Below are positions 13,729 through 22,828 of a stretch of DNA of 32,000 bases, piece after piece. Under the pieces are notes generated by a model. That model saw only the letters and a list, made by a program, of their open reading frames with translations. It had not been told where the DNA came from and did not search any database. The DNA lies in contig OY969114.1 of assembly GCA_963698035.1 (NCBI GenBank), positions 600,001 to 632,000 on the forward strand, in the 5' to 3' direction. Every line of letters begins with the position of its first letter. The first letter of the stretch is position 1. This DNA comes from Candidatus Saccharimonadota bacterium. Its GTDB lineage: Archaea > Micrarchaeota > Micrarchaeia > Micrarchaeales > Micrarchaeaceae. The position numbers were made by a program, and so were the translations under genes.

Positions 13729-16700
13729 ATGCAATTGCTGGGCGTGCCAATGGGAACTGGGTGGGGTCGTTACACAGCACATATGCTTACTGCACTATTT
13801 GGACTGCTTTTCTTCTTCTCATTGGTTCTGAGTTCCCATGCAGCCATCCCAAAAACAACTACCTACACCACCATCTACCAGTCCACCACCCTCCGCTCCA
13901 CCTCCATCTCCTCCACCACTTCCACCACTACTATCGCCCTACCTACATGCACTTGCAACGAGCAGTCTGAGAGCTGCGGCGTGACGCAATGCACCTGTCC
14001 AGTATCGTGCCCCCAGGAGATTGTCCAGCCACCCTGCAGCGAAGGCAAACAAAACGCCTATTGTTATGCACACATCTCCACCACCCTCTCCACCTCCATC
14101 TCCACCTCCATCTCTTCCACTTCAATCTCCTCCACCTCCGTCTCCTCCACAACCTCCACCATAAGCACCCTCTCCACCACCACCATAGTGCCGCAGCCTG
14201 ACATAATAACAATATGCACAAACATACAAACAAGCACCCCCTTCAAGAAATATGGGGGAAGTGGGGGCTTCTTGCAACAGATAAATACGACCCAGACTAT
14301 GCCCGTGACTACTAACGTAATTTCATATGACAGCCAGAACGCACAGTGGCTAATAACCTGCCCCAAAGCCCCAAATCCTACAGATACTCTTGAGTATCTG
14401 AACTCACCCAACACGCAGTTTATCGCAGGGGACGAGTGCCTCACCAATTCAACCCCGCTAAGCTCCAAGGTATGCCTCAATGTCATAGTGAACTGGAGCG
14501 ACACCATACTCGCGAACGTCATCCTAAACGTCAGCGGCACTAATCTGGCGAACCTTTCGGTGAGTAATCTTGCATACTCGGGAGAGAGCTACAACTATAC
14601 CGGCCCCCGCACCTCTACCACCACCTCAGTCCCCACCGTCTCCACCGTAACTACCTTCTTCTCCACTACGATACCTGCATGTACTTGCGGCGAGGAAGAC
14701 ATCGACTGTGACGTAGCGCAATGCCACCCCTGCCCCGGCTCATGCCCATCCACGGAGACGGCAAAGTGTGGCTCAAATGCTTATACTTTTCATTGCGAGG
14801 CATCCACCACTACCGACCCCCCCAGCGACTCCGCCCCTCTAGCTTCCTCCACCACTACCTTTATTACCACCACCGTCTCCGCCACTCTCCACCTTCCCCG
14901 CGCGGTCATCCCAAAAACAACCACCTACACCACCGTCTACCAATCCACCACCCTTAAATCCACCTCCATCTCCACCACCCTCTACTCCACAACCACCACC
15001 ATCAAGCTAGCTACATGCGCTGCCTGCGGCGACCAGTCTGAGAGCTGCGGCGTGGCGCAATGCATCTGCCCCGCATCGTGCCCCCAGGAGGTTGTCCAGC
15101 CACCCTGCAGCGAAGGCAAACAAAACGCCTATTGTATACCGGTCTACTCCACCACACTCTACTCCACAACCACAACCACTACCTCCTCCACCACAACTAC
15201 CATCTCCCTACCGCAGGCGTATATATCAAGCGGCTACGACTCAGCGTCGAACATCTTCCAGGGCGTGCCTTCATCAAAGCAGAGCGGGGTATGGAGCTGG
15301 CACGCCAAGGTAGCGAACCTCTCTCTGGCAAATACCAGCCAGCTATCCCAATCCGATTGGATAAACTTAATCTATAACACAAAAGACTCAAGCGGAGATG
15401 CGTGTCAGTACGACTATAACCTCTCGGTGCAGGCATCGATTAGCTCCCTGCAGAATGGGGAGGCGCCTGTACCTGTGGCACCATCCACCTCCGGCGGAGA
15501 CTACCTATCGTTCAACAATGTAACATACACTGGATTTACAACAGGGCAGCAGTACGGGGCGAACGCAATTGCGATGAACTCCTGTTACCTCCCCAATTTC
15601 TGGACCCAATGGCATCTAGTAAGCACCAGCGGCGCAATGAACTATCAGGGCAGCACGCAGAGCCCTGTCTGCGTCTACCAGTACGGCAACGTGCCAGAAT
15701 ACTGGAGTGCGAACGTTATCGGGGGTACCCTAACAACAGGATACGTAATGGCCAACACCCTCTCATTCGGCGACAGCTCTGTGCTGCCCTACCTCCTGTA
15801 CAACATCTCGCTCCCCACCATTGTGCAGACGCTGGGATCGACCGAAAGCTTCCTCAACTCTTCCTATGACCTCTACTCGGCGCACAATCTACAGTCGCCA
15901 GGCAACTTCCTAGACCCATTCCTGATAGGCGGGACCTCAGACGGATCATCAATATTTATGAACGTAAATGGGGTACTCGCGCAGCTCTCGGCACCAACCT
16001 TCTTTGGAAATCCCGCGGCATCACCCACATCGCCGATCTACAACGGGCTGCAGATACAGGCTACCTCATTTGTGGTGCAGCAGAACGCAACAATAGCAAG
16101 TACCTACGGACTTAGCAACGCGCAGGCGATAGGGCCATCATATTCCATAGCCAGCATAACAAATGCTATACTCTTCGCTGAGGCGTCGAACAACAACTTC
16201 TTTGTGCTGAGCAACATCAGCATCTGTTCTAGTTCTAACCCTGCTAACGAAAATTGTTTTATTAACAATGCGTATTACATATACAGGCTGCAGTACTTCC
16301 CTGCAGGCTACTTCAGCACACCCGATAGGACTCCTTCCCAGGCTGCTCCCACGAATGCGCCCTCTGCCACTGCCTACAGCGCCAATGTGGAATCCTACCT
16401 CAGCAATGTATCCTCACTGCAGCAGGGAGGCTACTACATTACCAGCATGTACAATGTGACTAAGCTGTGGTATCCTGCATATTATACGTACCCCAAGCCA
16501 ATAGCAATGGCATCAGATGCAGGTGGAGACCTCTTTGTGTTGGCGGCAAACGTTATGGGAACCTGTTATGGTTCAGGAAATGGGTGCAGCGCTTACGGCT
16601 TCGACCTTTTCTACATATCCAGCTCTGGGCAAGTACTCTTCGACAATGTGACCTCCAGTCCGGAATATAACACGTGGCTTGGTTCTATAATATTTGGTTC

Positions 16701-19700
16701 CTCTCCCCAAAACACTTCATTTACAGTTTCGCCCACCGGGCAGTACCTCTACGTGAGCACGAAGAGCATACCCTACGTCTTCATATATACTGCAAAGGTC
16801 GTCAACGGGCTGAATTCCACCTATCTAACGGCCATAAACCTATCGTATTCCACACCCGCATATAACCTAAGCATAACCAAGTACCTTGGAGGCGGTGGCC
16901 CATACAACTCAAGCGCGTTGAAGAGTCTGTACGCACCCGGCTCTCCAAACTTGAAAAACTTGAATGATACGCCAACTGCGCCAAGCGGTTATTCATCGCA
17001 CTGGCCTATAGGCCTCGCTGAATCGCAGGGCATCCTCTACGTTCTTGATGATTGGTTCATCGGCGAGCCCCCGCTTGATGCGGGAGGTAATCCCGCAGCC
17101 GAAAGCATCCTAATGCTTCGGGCGTTCACTTACAATGGCACCGAAATACCTATCGATGCAGCTACCTACGACGATGTCATACCAAAGAGCTACCTCAACC
17201 TGGGTACTGGATACGTAGCGGGACAGCTCTATCCTCCGTACGGGCTGCCGATATCTGCAAACTTCTCCGTGCCGAAATCTTTAGGCAGTAACCACTACTC
17301 ATACCTAAGTTACTGTGCCTATGGATGCACATACAGCCCATTGTCAAGCTGGTCTCAGCCCGCATACAACGCGCTGCTTCCAGACTACTCATGGATTACA
17401 AATAGCTCGCCCCCGGTAGGGCCGTTTTTGGGTGCGGAGTCGCCTCCCACCCCCGGAAAGGTTGTCGCATGGACAAATCCTCTAGTGATACCCTTCGCAT
17501 CCTTCACTGCGGATTTAAACAACACCCTCTATCTCAATGCCTGGGCGTATGCATATCCTACCTCCTTTTGTACTCTCGAGACTCCAGTAACAGCCCCCCC
17601 AATATCTTCATCATGCAGCCAGTTCTACGCAGAGCTGGCAGGCATCCACTTCAACCCGCAGAATTACACTAGGATCGCGGCCAACCCGCAGATCTCATAT
17701 GCGTGCTATCTTGGCATTAATACAAGCCCCACCAACATCTTCAAACCTTCCTCCCCTTCCGGCACCACCTGCACAACCGTTGCAAACCTCAGCAGGCAGA
17801 AGCCCCCGGCCCTTGGCATCCCCGATCCGTTCTCTTATGCGGAAAGCCTTGGAAGCCCGAGCGCGTACCTATCCGGGCCGCTATCGCTAACTACACTGTA
17901 CCCAAGCTTGTATGGTGGCGCCGATCCTCCATCACAACCAACTCTGGCCATCTCCCCCACCACAATCTCCACTGGCACAAGCGTTACAATAAGTGCAACC
18001 TGCCAACCAAGCACAGATAACTGCGCAATAGACTACCCGAACTTAGGAACGCAGATAGCCATAGGCACAGGCTCCGCTACCGATACATTCACACCAGGTA
18101 CAGCAGGCTCATTCTGCTACTATTATGCCAATGATATAACTACCGGCCTAAACTCTGCAGGGCAATGCCTTGCAGTCACTTCCTCCTCAGGGCTCAGCAA
18201 TTCTTCAAACATTGTGATAGGGAACAGCATATCAATAAGTATTCCTTCGATACCAGCCGGGCTTGCTGCATCCAAACTGAAGAGCGACATATCCGGATAC
18301 ATCCTCGTCCCAATTAACTATACATATTCGCTGACCCGATCTTACTCACCAAGTCCGGATTTGCCAGCGTTCGGTGACCCTTCTTCCTGCGGCTCCATAT
18401 CGCTTCCTGCCCAATCCACCCAGAGCTTCCAGGTCCATACGGATGTACTTCAGTCCGCTTCAGAGAGCCAGCTCAACGAGAGCCTGGCGAGCGGCTTTGT
18501 GATAGGGCAGTATCAGAACAACAATAAGTACTATGAAGCGAACCTGTCTGATGCCGGTCTGATACTACCCCCGCAGATCTTCCTCAACATATTCTCGAAC
18601 AGGATATTCGGTGAAATGTACATAAACCAGAGTATGAACCCGCGCGGCCCGTCACTCGGAGGGAATGGGCCTTCATCCTTTACAGGCAGCTCGTACGGAA
18701 GCATCCTCATAGCTGCAGACCCTGTAATCCAGGGCTACCCAGACCAGATAACGCTCTACGCCGGTAGTGAAACAGCCGGGGACGCCCTATGGTTTTATGT
18801 CCTCAACATCAATGGCAACCAGGTGGCTGCCAGCCCAACCTCCAGCAGCGGCTCTGTAGCGCTGACTATCTGCGCCTCTTCTAACTCCTGCCTGCCGCCA
18901 GGATATTATAGTATAGAGGCGTACGCCATGAACCCCATCCAAACCCTCATCCCGATATTCCCGCAGCTAATCGTCCGATCGAGCGCAAGCCTTGGGGACG
19001 TTGTGATAAATGCGACCCATACATTCAACTACTCGCAGATTAACTTCGAACAGATGTATGGCGGCGGCATCGTGGCTCCTGGGTTCTCTGAAGAGGCTGC
19101 GCTGCAGCTCAACCCCCAGGCAATCGGCGCAGTATGCAGCTTCTGCACGCTCCCCTACTACTACAATCCTGCGAACCTATTTGTCGGCAACAACAGCCTC
19201 TCGCACAGCGGCCCGCTCCAGACGAATCTGGTAGCGCTCTTCAGCCAGTTCAAGGTGATGACCCATCTTGACGTCCTGGACCTAAGCATGCTGTACAACG
19301 CCAAAGTGCTCGGCTACAACCGGCTTAATTACAGCTATACAGACCAGTTCAACAACACGATAAACATGCCCATGGATGTTGATTTGGCGAACATAACTCT
19401 GATAACCTTGAACGTGTCTAGCGTGATAAATTCTAGCAATCCCAACTCCACATTCGTGAAGGTGAAGGGCATAGCCGGGTACTACCCCAGCTTCTTCAGC
19501 GTCACTCCGTCGCCCATCCCGGAGGGCAGCCCGATATACCTGTACTATGACACAAACATAAACTTCTACAACCAGAGCCTCAACCCGTCGTCGAATCCTG
19601 ACGCGTACTATACATACGCGCTGCAGTGCGCATTCGGCAGCGTGAGCGGCCCATGCGCCTTTGCCGACCCCTCCCTCATGACACTGCCACCACTCGGCCA

Positions 19701-20301
19701 GGGTCCGGTAGGTCTCCAGCAGGCGCAGACGATAAACTTCCACTCGCAGTTCAACACCACGGGGCAGTGCTCGCCAGAGCCAAACAGCCTGCTCATCGCG
19801 CCCAATACAACAGAGTGCAACATATACCCAGGAAACCAATGGGGGCTTCCCACCAGCGGCACTTCGGCGCAGGGAGTCCGCGAGTACTGCATACCGGATT
19901 ATACAAATGGCACGGGAGTGCTGACTACGCAGCTCGGGCTGATGGACATCGCAACTGCTGGCATCAACGGCAACTTCAGCTACAACTTTACAGTATGCGG
20001 TACCGGCACAGCAAGGCTGCAGGCGAGCTACTACGGCTACCCTGTCAACCAACCACAGCTCTTCTTCCAGACGCCGCTGCAGACCAGGCCATCGCTAAGT
20101 TCTGCTGGCGGGACATCGGTACCGCTTGTAGGCAGCCCGGAGTTCAACTACTCCATAGCGCCGAACACCACTGTCAAGTCTATCCAGATAGGTAGCTATT
20201 ACCTCTCACTGGGCGAAATAGCCTCGATACTCGGCATATCGATAGTCGCGGGGATCTTCTGCTACCTGCTGCTCAGGGACCGCTTTAGCTCAAAAGACTA
20301 G
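13729..20301 (+). CDS. Giant (2190 aa) secreted, C-terminally membrane-anchored surface protein with Ser/Thr-rich mucin-like tracts and Cys-rich modules (putative adhesin or S-layer-type glycoprotein)
   Basis: A single uninterrupted 6.57-kb ORF. It has a Sec-type signal (MLTALFGLLFFFSLVLSSHA|AIPK) with alternative starts at ATG 13750 and 13783. There are three 8-Cys modules separated by poly-Ser/Thr tracts in the first ~480 aa, and dozens of N-x-S/T sequons throughout. A C-terminal hydrophobic helix IASILGISIVAGIFCYLLL is followed by a basic tail RDRFSSKD. Confidence 0.9.
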   Translation: MQLLGVPMGTGWGRYTAHMLTALFGLLFFFSLVLSSHAAIPKTTTYTTIYQSTTLRSTSISSTTSTTTIALPTCTCNEQSESCGVTQCTCPVSCPQEIVQPPCSEGKQNAYCYAHISTTLSTSISTSISSTSISSTSVSSTTSTISTLSTTTIVPQPDIITICTNIQTSTPFKKYGGSGGFLQQINTTQTMPVTTNVISYDSQNAQWLITCPKAPNPTDTLEYLNSPNTQFIAGDECLTNSTPLSSKVCLNVIVNWSDTILANVILNVSGTNLANLSVSNLAYSGESYNYTGPRTSTTTSVPTVSTVTTFFSTTIPACTCGEEDIDCDVAQCHPCPGSCPSTETAKCGSNAYTFHCEASTTTDPPSDSAPLASSTTTFITTTVSATLHLPRAVIPKTTTYTTVYQSTTLKSTSISTTLYSTTTTIKLATCAACGDQSESCGVAQCICPASCPQEVVQPPCSEGKQNAYCIPVYSTTLYSTTTTTTSSTTTTISLPQAYISSGYDSASNIFQGVPSSKQSGVWSWHAKVANLSLANTSQLSQSDWINLIYNTKDSSGDACQYDYNLSVQASISSLQNGEAPVPVAPSTSGGDYLSFNNVTYTGFTTGQQYGANAIAMNSCYLPNFWTQWHLVSTSGAMNYQGSTQSPVCVYQYGNVPEYWSANVIGGTLTTGYVMANTLSFGDSSVLPYLLYNISLPTIVQTLGSTESFLNSSYDLYSAHNLQSPGNFLDPFLIGGTSDGSSIFMNVNGVLAQLSAPTFFGNPAASPTSPIYNGLQIQATSFVVQQNATIASTYGLSNAQAIGPSYSIASITNAILFAEASNNNFFVLSNISICSSSNPANENCFINNAYYIYRLQYFPAGYFSTPDRTPSQAAPTNAPSATAYSANVESYLSNVSSLQQGGYYITSMYNVTKLWYPAYYTYPKPIAMASDAGGDLFVLAANVMGTCYGSGNGCSAYGFDLFYISSSGQVLFDNVTSSPEYNTWLGSIIFGSSPQNTSFTVSPTGQYLYVSTKSIPYVFIYTAKVVNGLNSTYLTAINLSYSTPAYNLSITKYLGGGGPYNSSALKSLYAPGSPNLKNLNDTPTAPSGYSSHWPIGLAESQGILYVLDDWFIGEPPLDAGGNPAAESILMLRAFTYNGTEIPIDAATYDDVIPKSYLNLGTGYVAGQLYPPYGLPISANFSVPKSLGSNHYSYLSYCAYGCTYSPLSSWSQPAYNALLPDYSWITNSSPPVGPFLGAESPPTPGKVVAWTNPLVIPFASFTADLNNTLYLNAWAYAYPTSFCTLETPVTAPPISSSCSQFYAELAGIHFNPQNYTRIAANPQISYACYLGINTSPTNIFKPSSPSGTTCTTVANLSRQKPPALGIPDPFSYAESLGSPSAYLSGPLSLTTLYPSLYGGADPPSQPTLAISPTTISTGTSVTISATCQPSTDNCAIDYPNLGTQIAIGTGSATDTFTPGTAGSFCYYYANDITTGLNSAGQCLAVTSSSGLSNSSNIVIGNSISISIPSIPAGLAASKLKSDISGYILVPINYTYSLTRSYSPSPDLPAFGDPSSCGSISLPAQSTQSFQVHTDVLQSASESQLNESLASGFVIGQYQNNNKYYEANLSDAGLILPPQIFLNIFSNRIFGEMYINQSMNPRGPSLGGNGPSSFTGSSYGSILIAADPVIQGYPDQITLYAGSETAGDALWFYVLNINGNQVAASPTSSSGSVALTICASSNSCLPPGYYSIEAYAMNPIQTLIPIFPQLIVRSSASLGDVVINATHTFNYSQINFEQMYGGGIVAPGFSEEAALQLNPQAIGAVCSFCTLPYYYNPANLFVGNNSLSHSGPLQTNLVALFSQFKVMTHLDVLDLSMLYNAKVLGYNRLNYSYTDQFNNTINMPMDVDLANITLITLNVSSVINSSNPNSTFVKVKGIAGYYPSFFSVTPSPIPEGSPIYLYYDTNINFYNQSLNPSSNPDAYYTYALQCAFGSVSGPCAFADPSLMTLPPLGQGPVGLQQAQTINFHSQFNTTGQCSPEPNSLLIAPNTTECNIYPGNQWGLPTSGTSAQGVREYCIPDYTNGTGVLTTQLGLMDIATAGINGNFSYNFTVCGTGTARLQASYYGYPVNQPQLFFQTPLQTRPSLSSAGGTSVPLVGSPEFNYSIAPNTTVKSIQIGSYYLSLGEIASILGISIVAGIFCYLLLRDRFSSKD
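13840..14064 (+). repeat. Copy 1 of an internal ~230-bp duplication (Thr-rich linker plus 8-Cys module)
   Basis: It encodes AAIPKTTTYTTIYQSTTLRSTSIS...CTCNEQSESCGVTQCTCPVSCPQEIVQPPCSEGKQNAYC. Its last 44 nt (ttgtccagcc...gcctattgt) are identical to copy 2. Confidence 0.9.
14902..15135 (+). repeat. Copy 2 of the internal ~230-bp duplication
   Basis: It encodes AVIPKTTTYTTVYQSTTLKSTSIS...CAACGDQSESCGVAQCICPASCPQEVVQPPCSEGKQNAYC and is collinear with copy 1 at the DNA level with scattered substitutions. A diverged third Cys module lies at 14674-14796. Confidence 0.9.
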
Positions 20302-20341
20302 TTATTTATATGTAAAAAGAGATAATATTAATGGTGAGAAC

Positions 20342-21310
20342 ATGCTGCAGTTGTTTGTGCTGAGCATAGGGGCGATATACGCGCTGATACCACTTGTAAT
20401 CATAATAATACTGATAGCCGCGGCAGTGGGTCTGACCAGGGGATCAACCATCTTCGAGCTATTCGGGATAGAGGCCCTGGTGGGGATGGCAAGCGCAAAG
20501 AACATAGGAGCAGGCAAGGCTGGAACAGGCATCGGCGGGACGACTATGACGAAAATGCAAGCAAGACAGAAGTTGGCGGGGTTTGGAGCAACATCCGCTG
20601 GAAAAACGCAGAAAGTAACGGGGACTCTCGCAGCAAGTGCGGCACAGAAAGCCTCTACGAATGCAGAAGCAGCAGCCATGATAAACAAGTTAGCCAAACA
20701 GGGTAACCCAGAGGCCGTGGCAGCTGTGGCTGCGGGCGCAGCAGCTTTCGCAACTGCCTCTCAATCCCGCAAGGGTAAGGGTATAGTAAACCTCGCCGTA
20801 TCCTCTCCACCACCACCTCCTCCATTCCCCGGAGCAAAACCTCCCTCCAGATGGAACAGATCAACTAATGTATTCACCACGCGAACGCAAAGAGGGGGAA
20901 ACCCTCTTCTGACTATGCAGGTGCCCGCCCCCCTCTCTATTATGACATGGAGAACGAGGGCAGGGAGCTGGCGCACCACAAGGGCGGAAAGTCGTAGTGC
21001 TGCAGCAGCATCATGGGTCGCTAGTCAGCAACACGCTGCAACCATCGCGGCATACAGGCAGCATGCAGGTCCTGTGGCGCACCAAATGATAATGCAGGCG
21101 GCAAAGTATAAAACCAATCCTTCCCGAGTGCCTAAGCCCCTGCGCCGCTCTGCCTATCTCCCGCTGAGTAAGCCCGCTTCTAAAATGAGCTGGATATACG
21201 GTCACAGGGCGAGTGCACCAATTCCCCAGACGAGAAGGCAAATGATATGGTCATTCTATAAGGGCACAGGCGGCGCGCTGAAGCGAAAATTGAGAGAGGA
21301 AAAGGACTAG
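20342..21310 (+). CDS. Hypothetical N-terminally membrane-anchored, low-complexity basic protein
   Basis: An SD-like GGTGA lies 4 nt upstream of the ATG, 40 nt after the giant gene. It has an N-terminal TM helix (LFVLSIGAIYALIPLVIIIILIAAAVGL), then an Ala/Gly/Lys-rich segment, a PPPPPPFP tract and an Arg/Trp-rich C-terminal half. No family was recognised, and the low complexity lowers confidence. Confidence 0.5.
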   Translation: MLQLFVLSIGAIYALIPLVIIIILIAAAVGLTRGSTIFELFGIEALVGMASAKNIGAGKAGTGIGGTTMTKMQARQKLAGFGATSAGKTQKVTGTLAASAAQKASTNAEAAAMINKLAKQGNPEAVAAVAAGAAAFATASQSRKGKGIVNLAVSSPPPPPPFPGAKPPSRWNRSTNVFTTRTQRGGNPLLTMQVPAPLSIMTWRTRAGSWRTTRAESRSAAAASWVASQQHAATIAAYRQHAGPVAHQMIMQAAKYKTNPSRVPKPLRRSAYLPLSKPASKMSWIYGHRASAPIPQTRRQMIWSFYKGTGGALKRKLREEKD

Positions 21311-21318
21311 AGAGATAA

Positions 21319-22041
21319 TCAAGCAACTCTCTTCAGTATCTCCTCGCCGAGCCTTGCCCCAGCCGTTATTTCGGGCAGCACTATGCTCGAGGCCCCAGCC
21401 TTCGCGAGCTTCTGCATGTTCTCCTCCTCTATGACCCTGGATATCACGTCTATATTTGGATTTATGTCCTTAGCTGTTATCGCAATCAGGGCATTCTTCA
21501 CGTCCTCGTCATCGCACGCGATGATGCACGACGCCTTCTCGGTTCCAGCGGTCTTGAACGCCTCCTCGCTCTTCAGCTCCCCGACAACTGCGAGCATTCC
21601 CTGCCTGTAGAGCCGCGCAGCCTGCATATTATCCTGCACGATCGCCACGAACTTCATCTTCTCCTTTGCCAGTTCTTCAACAAGCACCTTCGAGAAGTTG
21701 TTGTACGGGGCGACTATTATGTGTTTATTCAGCCTCTTCACCTTTGCAAGTACGAAGTACTCAGTTATATTTATGCTGCGTATCAGCCTGATGAACCAGG
21801 TAGCAAGGAAGACCGCGAAGAGTGCGAAGACAAAAGCATCGAGAAGGCTCGAGGTCAATACAAGGGGACTGTCCACGAGCGCCGCCGGTATCAGCGCGTA
21901 GTAGACGTATAGGGATGCAAGCAGGTTCCATATGAGGGAGATGCCGAGCCCCACGCCCGCGATCGCCGTAAGCGCTACCGCGATGGCGAAGAGCACAAGC
22001 GCTATTAGAAGCACCAGGTAGTTCATGTTCTTTCTCTTCAT
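21319..22041 (-). CDS. Membrane protein with C-terminal RCK/TrkA-N domain (degenerate dinucleotide motif, no K+ filter)
   Basis: It has about 3 N-terminal hydrophobic helices followed by a TrkA-N-like domain (HIIVAPYNNFSKVLVEEL...FVAIVQDN...IIACDDEDVKNALIAITAKDINPNIDVISRV). Its ATG overlaps the upstream gene's stop (ATGA). Confidence 0.75.
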   Translation of the reverse strand: MKRKNMNYLVLLIALVLFAIAVALTAIAGVGLGISLIWNLLASLYVYYALIPAALVDSPLVLTSSLLDAFVFALFAVFLATWFIRLIRSINITEYFVLAKVKRLNKHIIVAPYNNFSKVLVEELAKEKMKFVAIVQDNMQAARLYRQGMLAVVGELKSEEAFKTAGTEKASCIIACDDEDVKNALIAITAKDINPNIDVISRVIEEENMQKLAKAGASSIVLPEITAGARLGEEILKRVA

Positions 22042-22820
22042 CTCCTCACCTTCTCCAGCAGCGCGCTGCCTATCTCAACGCCTGCGAGTATCTCCGGCAC
22101 TATGCACATCTCCGCGCCGGCGCGCTGCATCTTCGTTATGCCTGTGTCCTCATCAGCGGCCCTTGATATTATCTTCACCTTAGGGTTAAGGTGCTTTGCC
22201 GTCACTATGCCCATCAGGTTGGCCAGGTCGTCTTTCGTTGCGAAGACTATCGCCCTCGCCTTCACTATGTCCGCCTCCTTCAATATCTCCTCACTGGCGA
22301 AGTCGCCGCCTATTACCGTGTAGTTGCGGTCCCTTAGCATCTCTATTGTCACAGGGTCCCTATCTATCACTAGGAATTTCATCTTCTCCTCAGAGAGATC
22401 GTTGCAGAGCCGCTCCGCGGTCCTCGAATAGCCGCAGATTATTATGTGGTTATTCATCCTGCTCGCAGAGAGTATGCTCACCTTGGAGAGCAGCTCCGTG
22501 CCCGTTAGTATCTCTATTATTGCGGCAAGCGCGAGGCCAACCGCAACTATCTTGGCGACTCCGTCTATAACCGAAATTATTATGAGCTGGTAGAAGGCGG
22601 CGCCGAATGGCGGCGCGTTTGCCTGCAGCACAGATGCGACGCTTATCCCTACCGCATCAAAGAGCGAGCCAATTGTGTAGTATGCAGAGACATAGAGGTT
22701 GTGCGATATGTTGTAGACTATGTAGAGCGTGGCCAGGGCGAGTATCACTGCCGCTATCGCAAGATAGATGAGCGTCTTTCCCGCGATGCTCCTCCTCTCA
22801 AGCTCCGGCACATTCACCAA
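22038..22820 (-). CDS. MthK-like 2-TM channel-RCK fusion protein with non-canonical pore signature
   Basis: The architecture is TM - pore-helix-like segment - TM - RCK (HIIICGYSRTAERL...FLVIDRD...). The position aligned to the K+ filter T-V-G-Y-G reads A-V-G-I-S (22641-22655). TTG start at 22820, preceded by AGGTG. Confidence 0.75.
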   Translation of the reverse strand: MVNVPELERRSIAGKTLIYLAIAAVILALATLYIVYNISHNLYVSAYYTIGSLFDAVGISVASVLQANAPPFGAAFYQLIIISVIDGVAKIVAVGLALAAIIEILTGTELLSKVSILSASRMNNHIIICGYSRTAERLCNDLSEEKMKFLVIDRDPVTIEMLRDRNYTVIGGDFASEEILKEADIVKARAIVFATKDDLANLMGIVTAKHLNPKVKIISRAADEDTGITKMQRAGAEMCIVPEILAGVEIGSALLEKVRR

Positions 22821-22828
22821 GCGCCCAC

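Noticed and set aside
13860-14200. Short periodic tcc/acc repeats considered as a microsatellite or CRISPR-like array
   Set aside because: There is no repeat-spacer architecture. The periodicity is codon-level (Ser/Thr tracts) and in frame with the giant ORF. No CRISPR array exists anywhere in the window.
13943-14540. Minus-strand ORFs (96 aa W/R/C-rich; 158 aa) antisense to the start of the giant gene
   Set aside because: The WRWRW-type sequence is simply the complement of the TCC/ACC (Ser/Thr) codon repeats, so this is a mirror artefact of a low-complexity coding region.
19282-20052. 256-aa minus-strand ORF (plus 94-aa and 189-aa ORFs) inside the 3' part of the giant gene
   Set aside because: No motifs, Arg/Ala/Val-rich antisense-type composition, and the plus-strand frame is continuous for 6.5 kb.
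20206-20301. C-terminus of the giant protein checked for a PGF-CTERM/archaeosortase or PEF-type sorting signal
   Set aside because: The TM helix and basic tail are present, but no PGF/PEF tripeptide precedes the helix (the sequence is LSLGEIASILG...). It is treated as a plain C-terminal anchor.
20302-20697. 131-aa hydrophobic minus-strand ORF opposite the start of 20342-21310
   Set aside because: It was considered as the real gene because the plus-strand product is odd. The plus ORF is 2.5 times longer, has an SD-like GGTGA at correct spacing, and follows the giant gene co-directionally. This is rejected with only moderate certainty.
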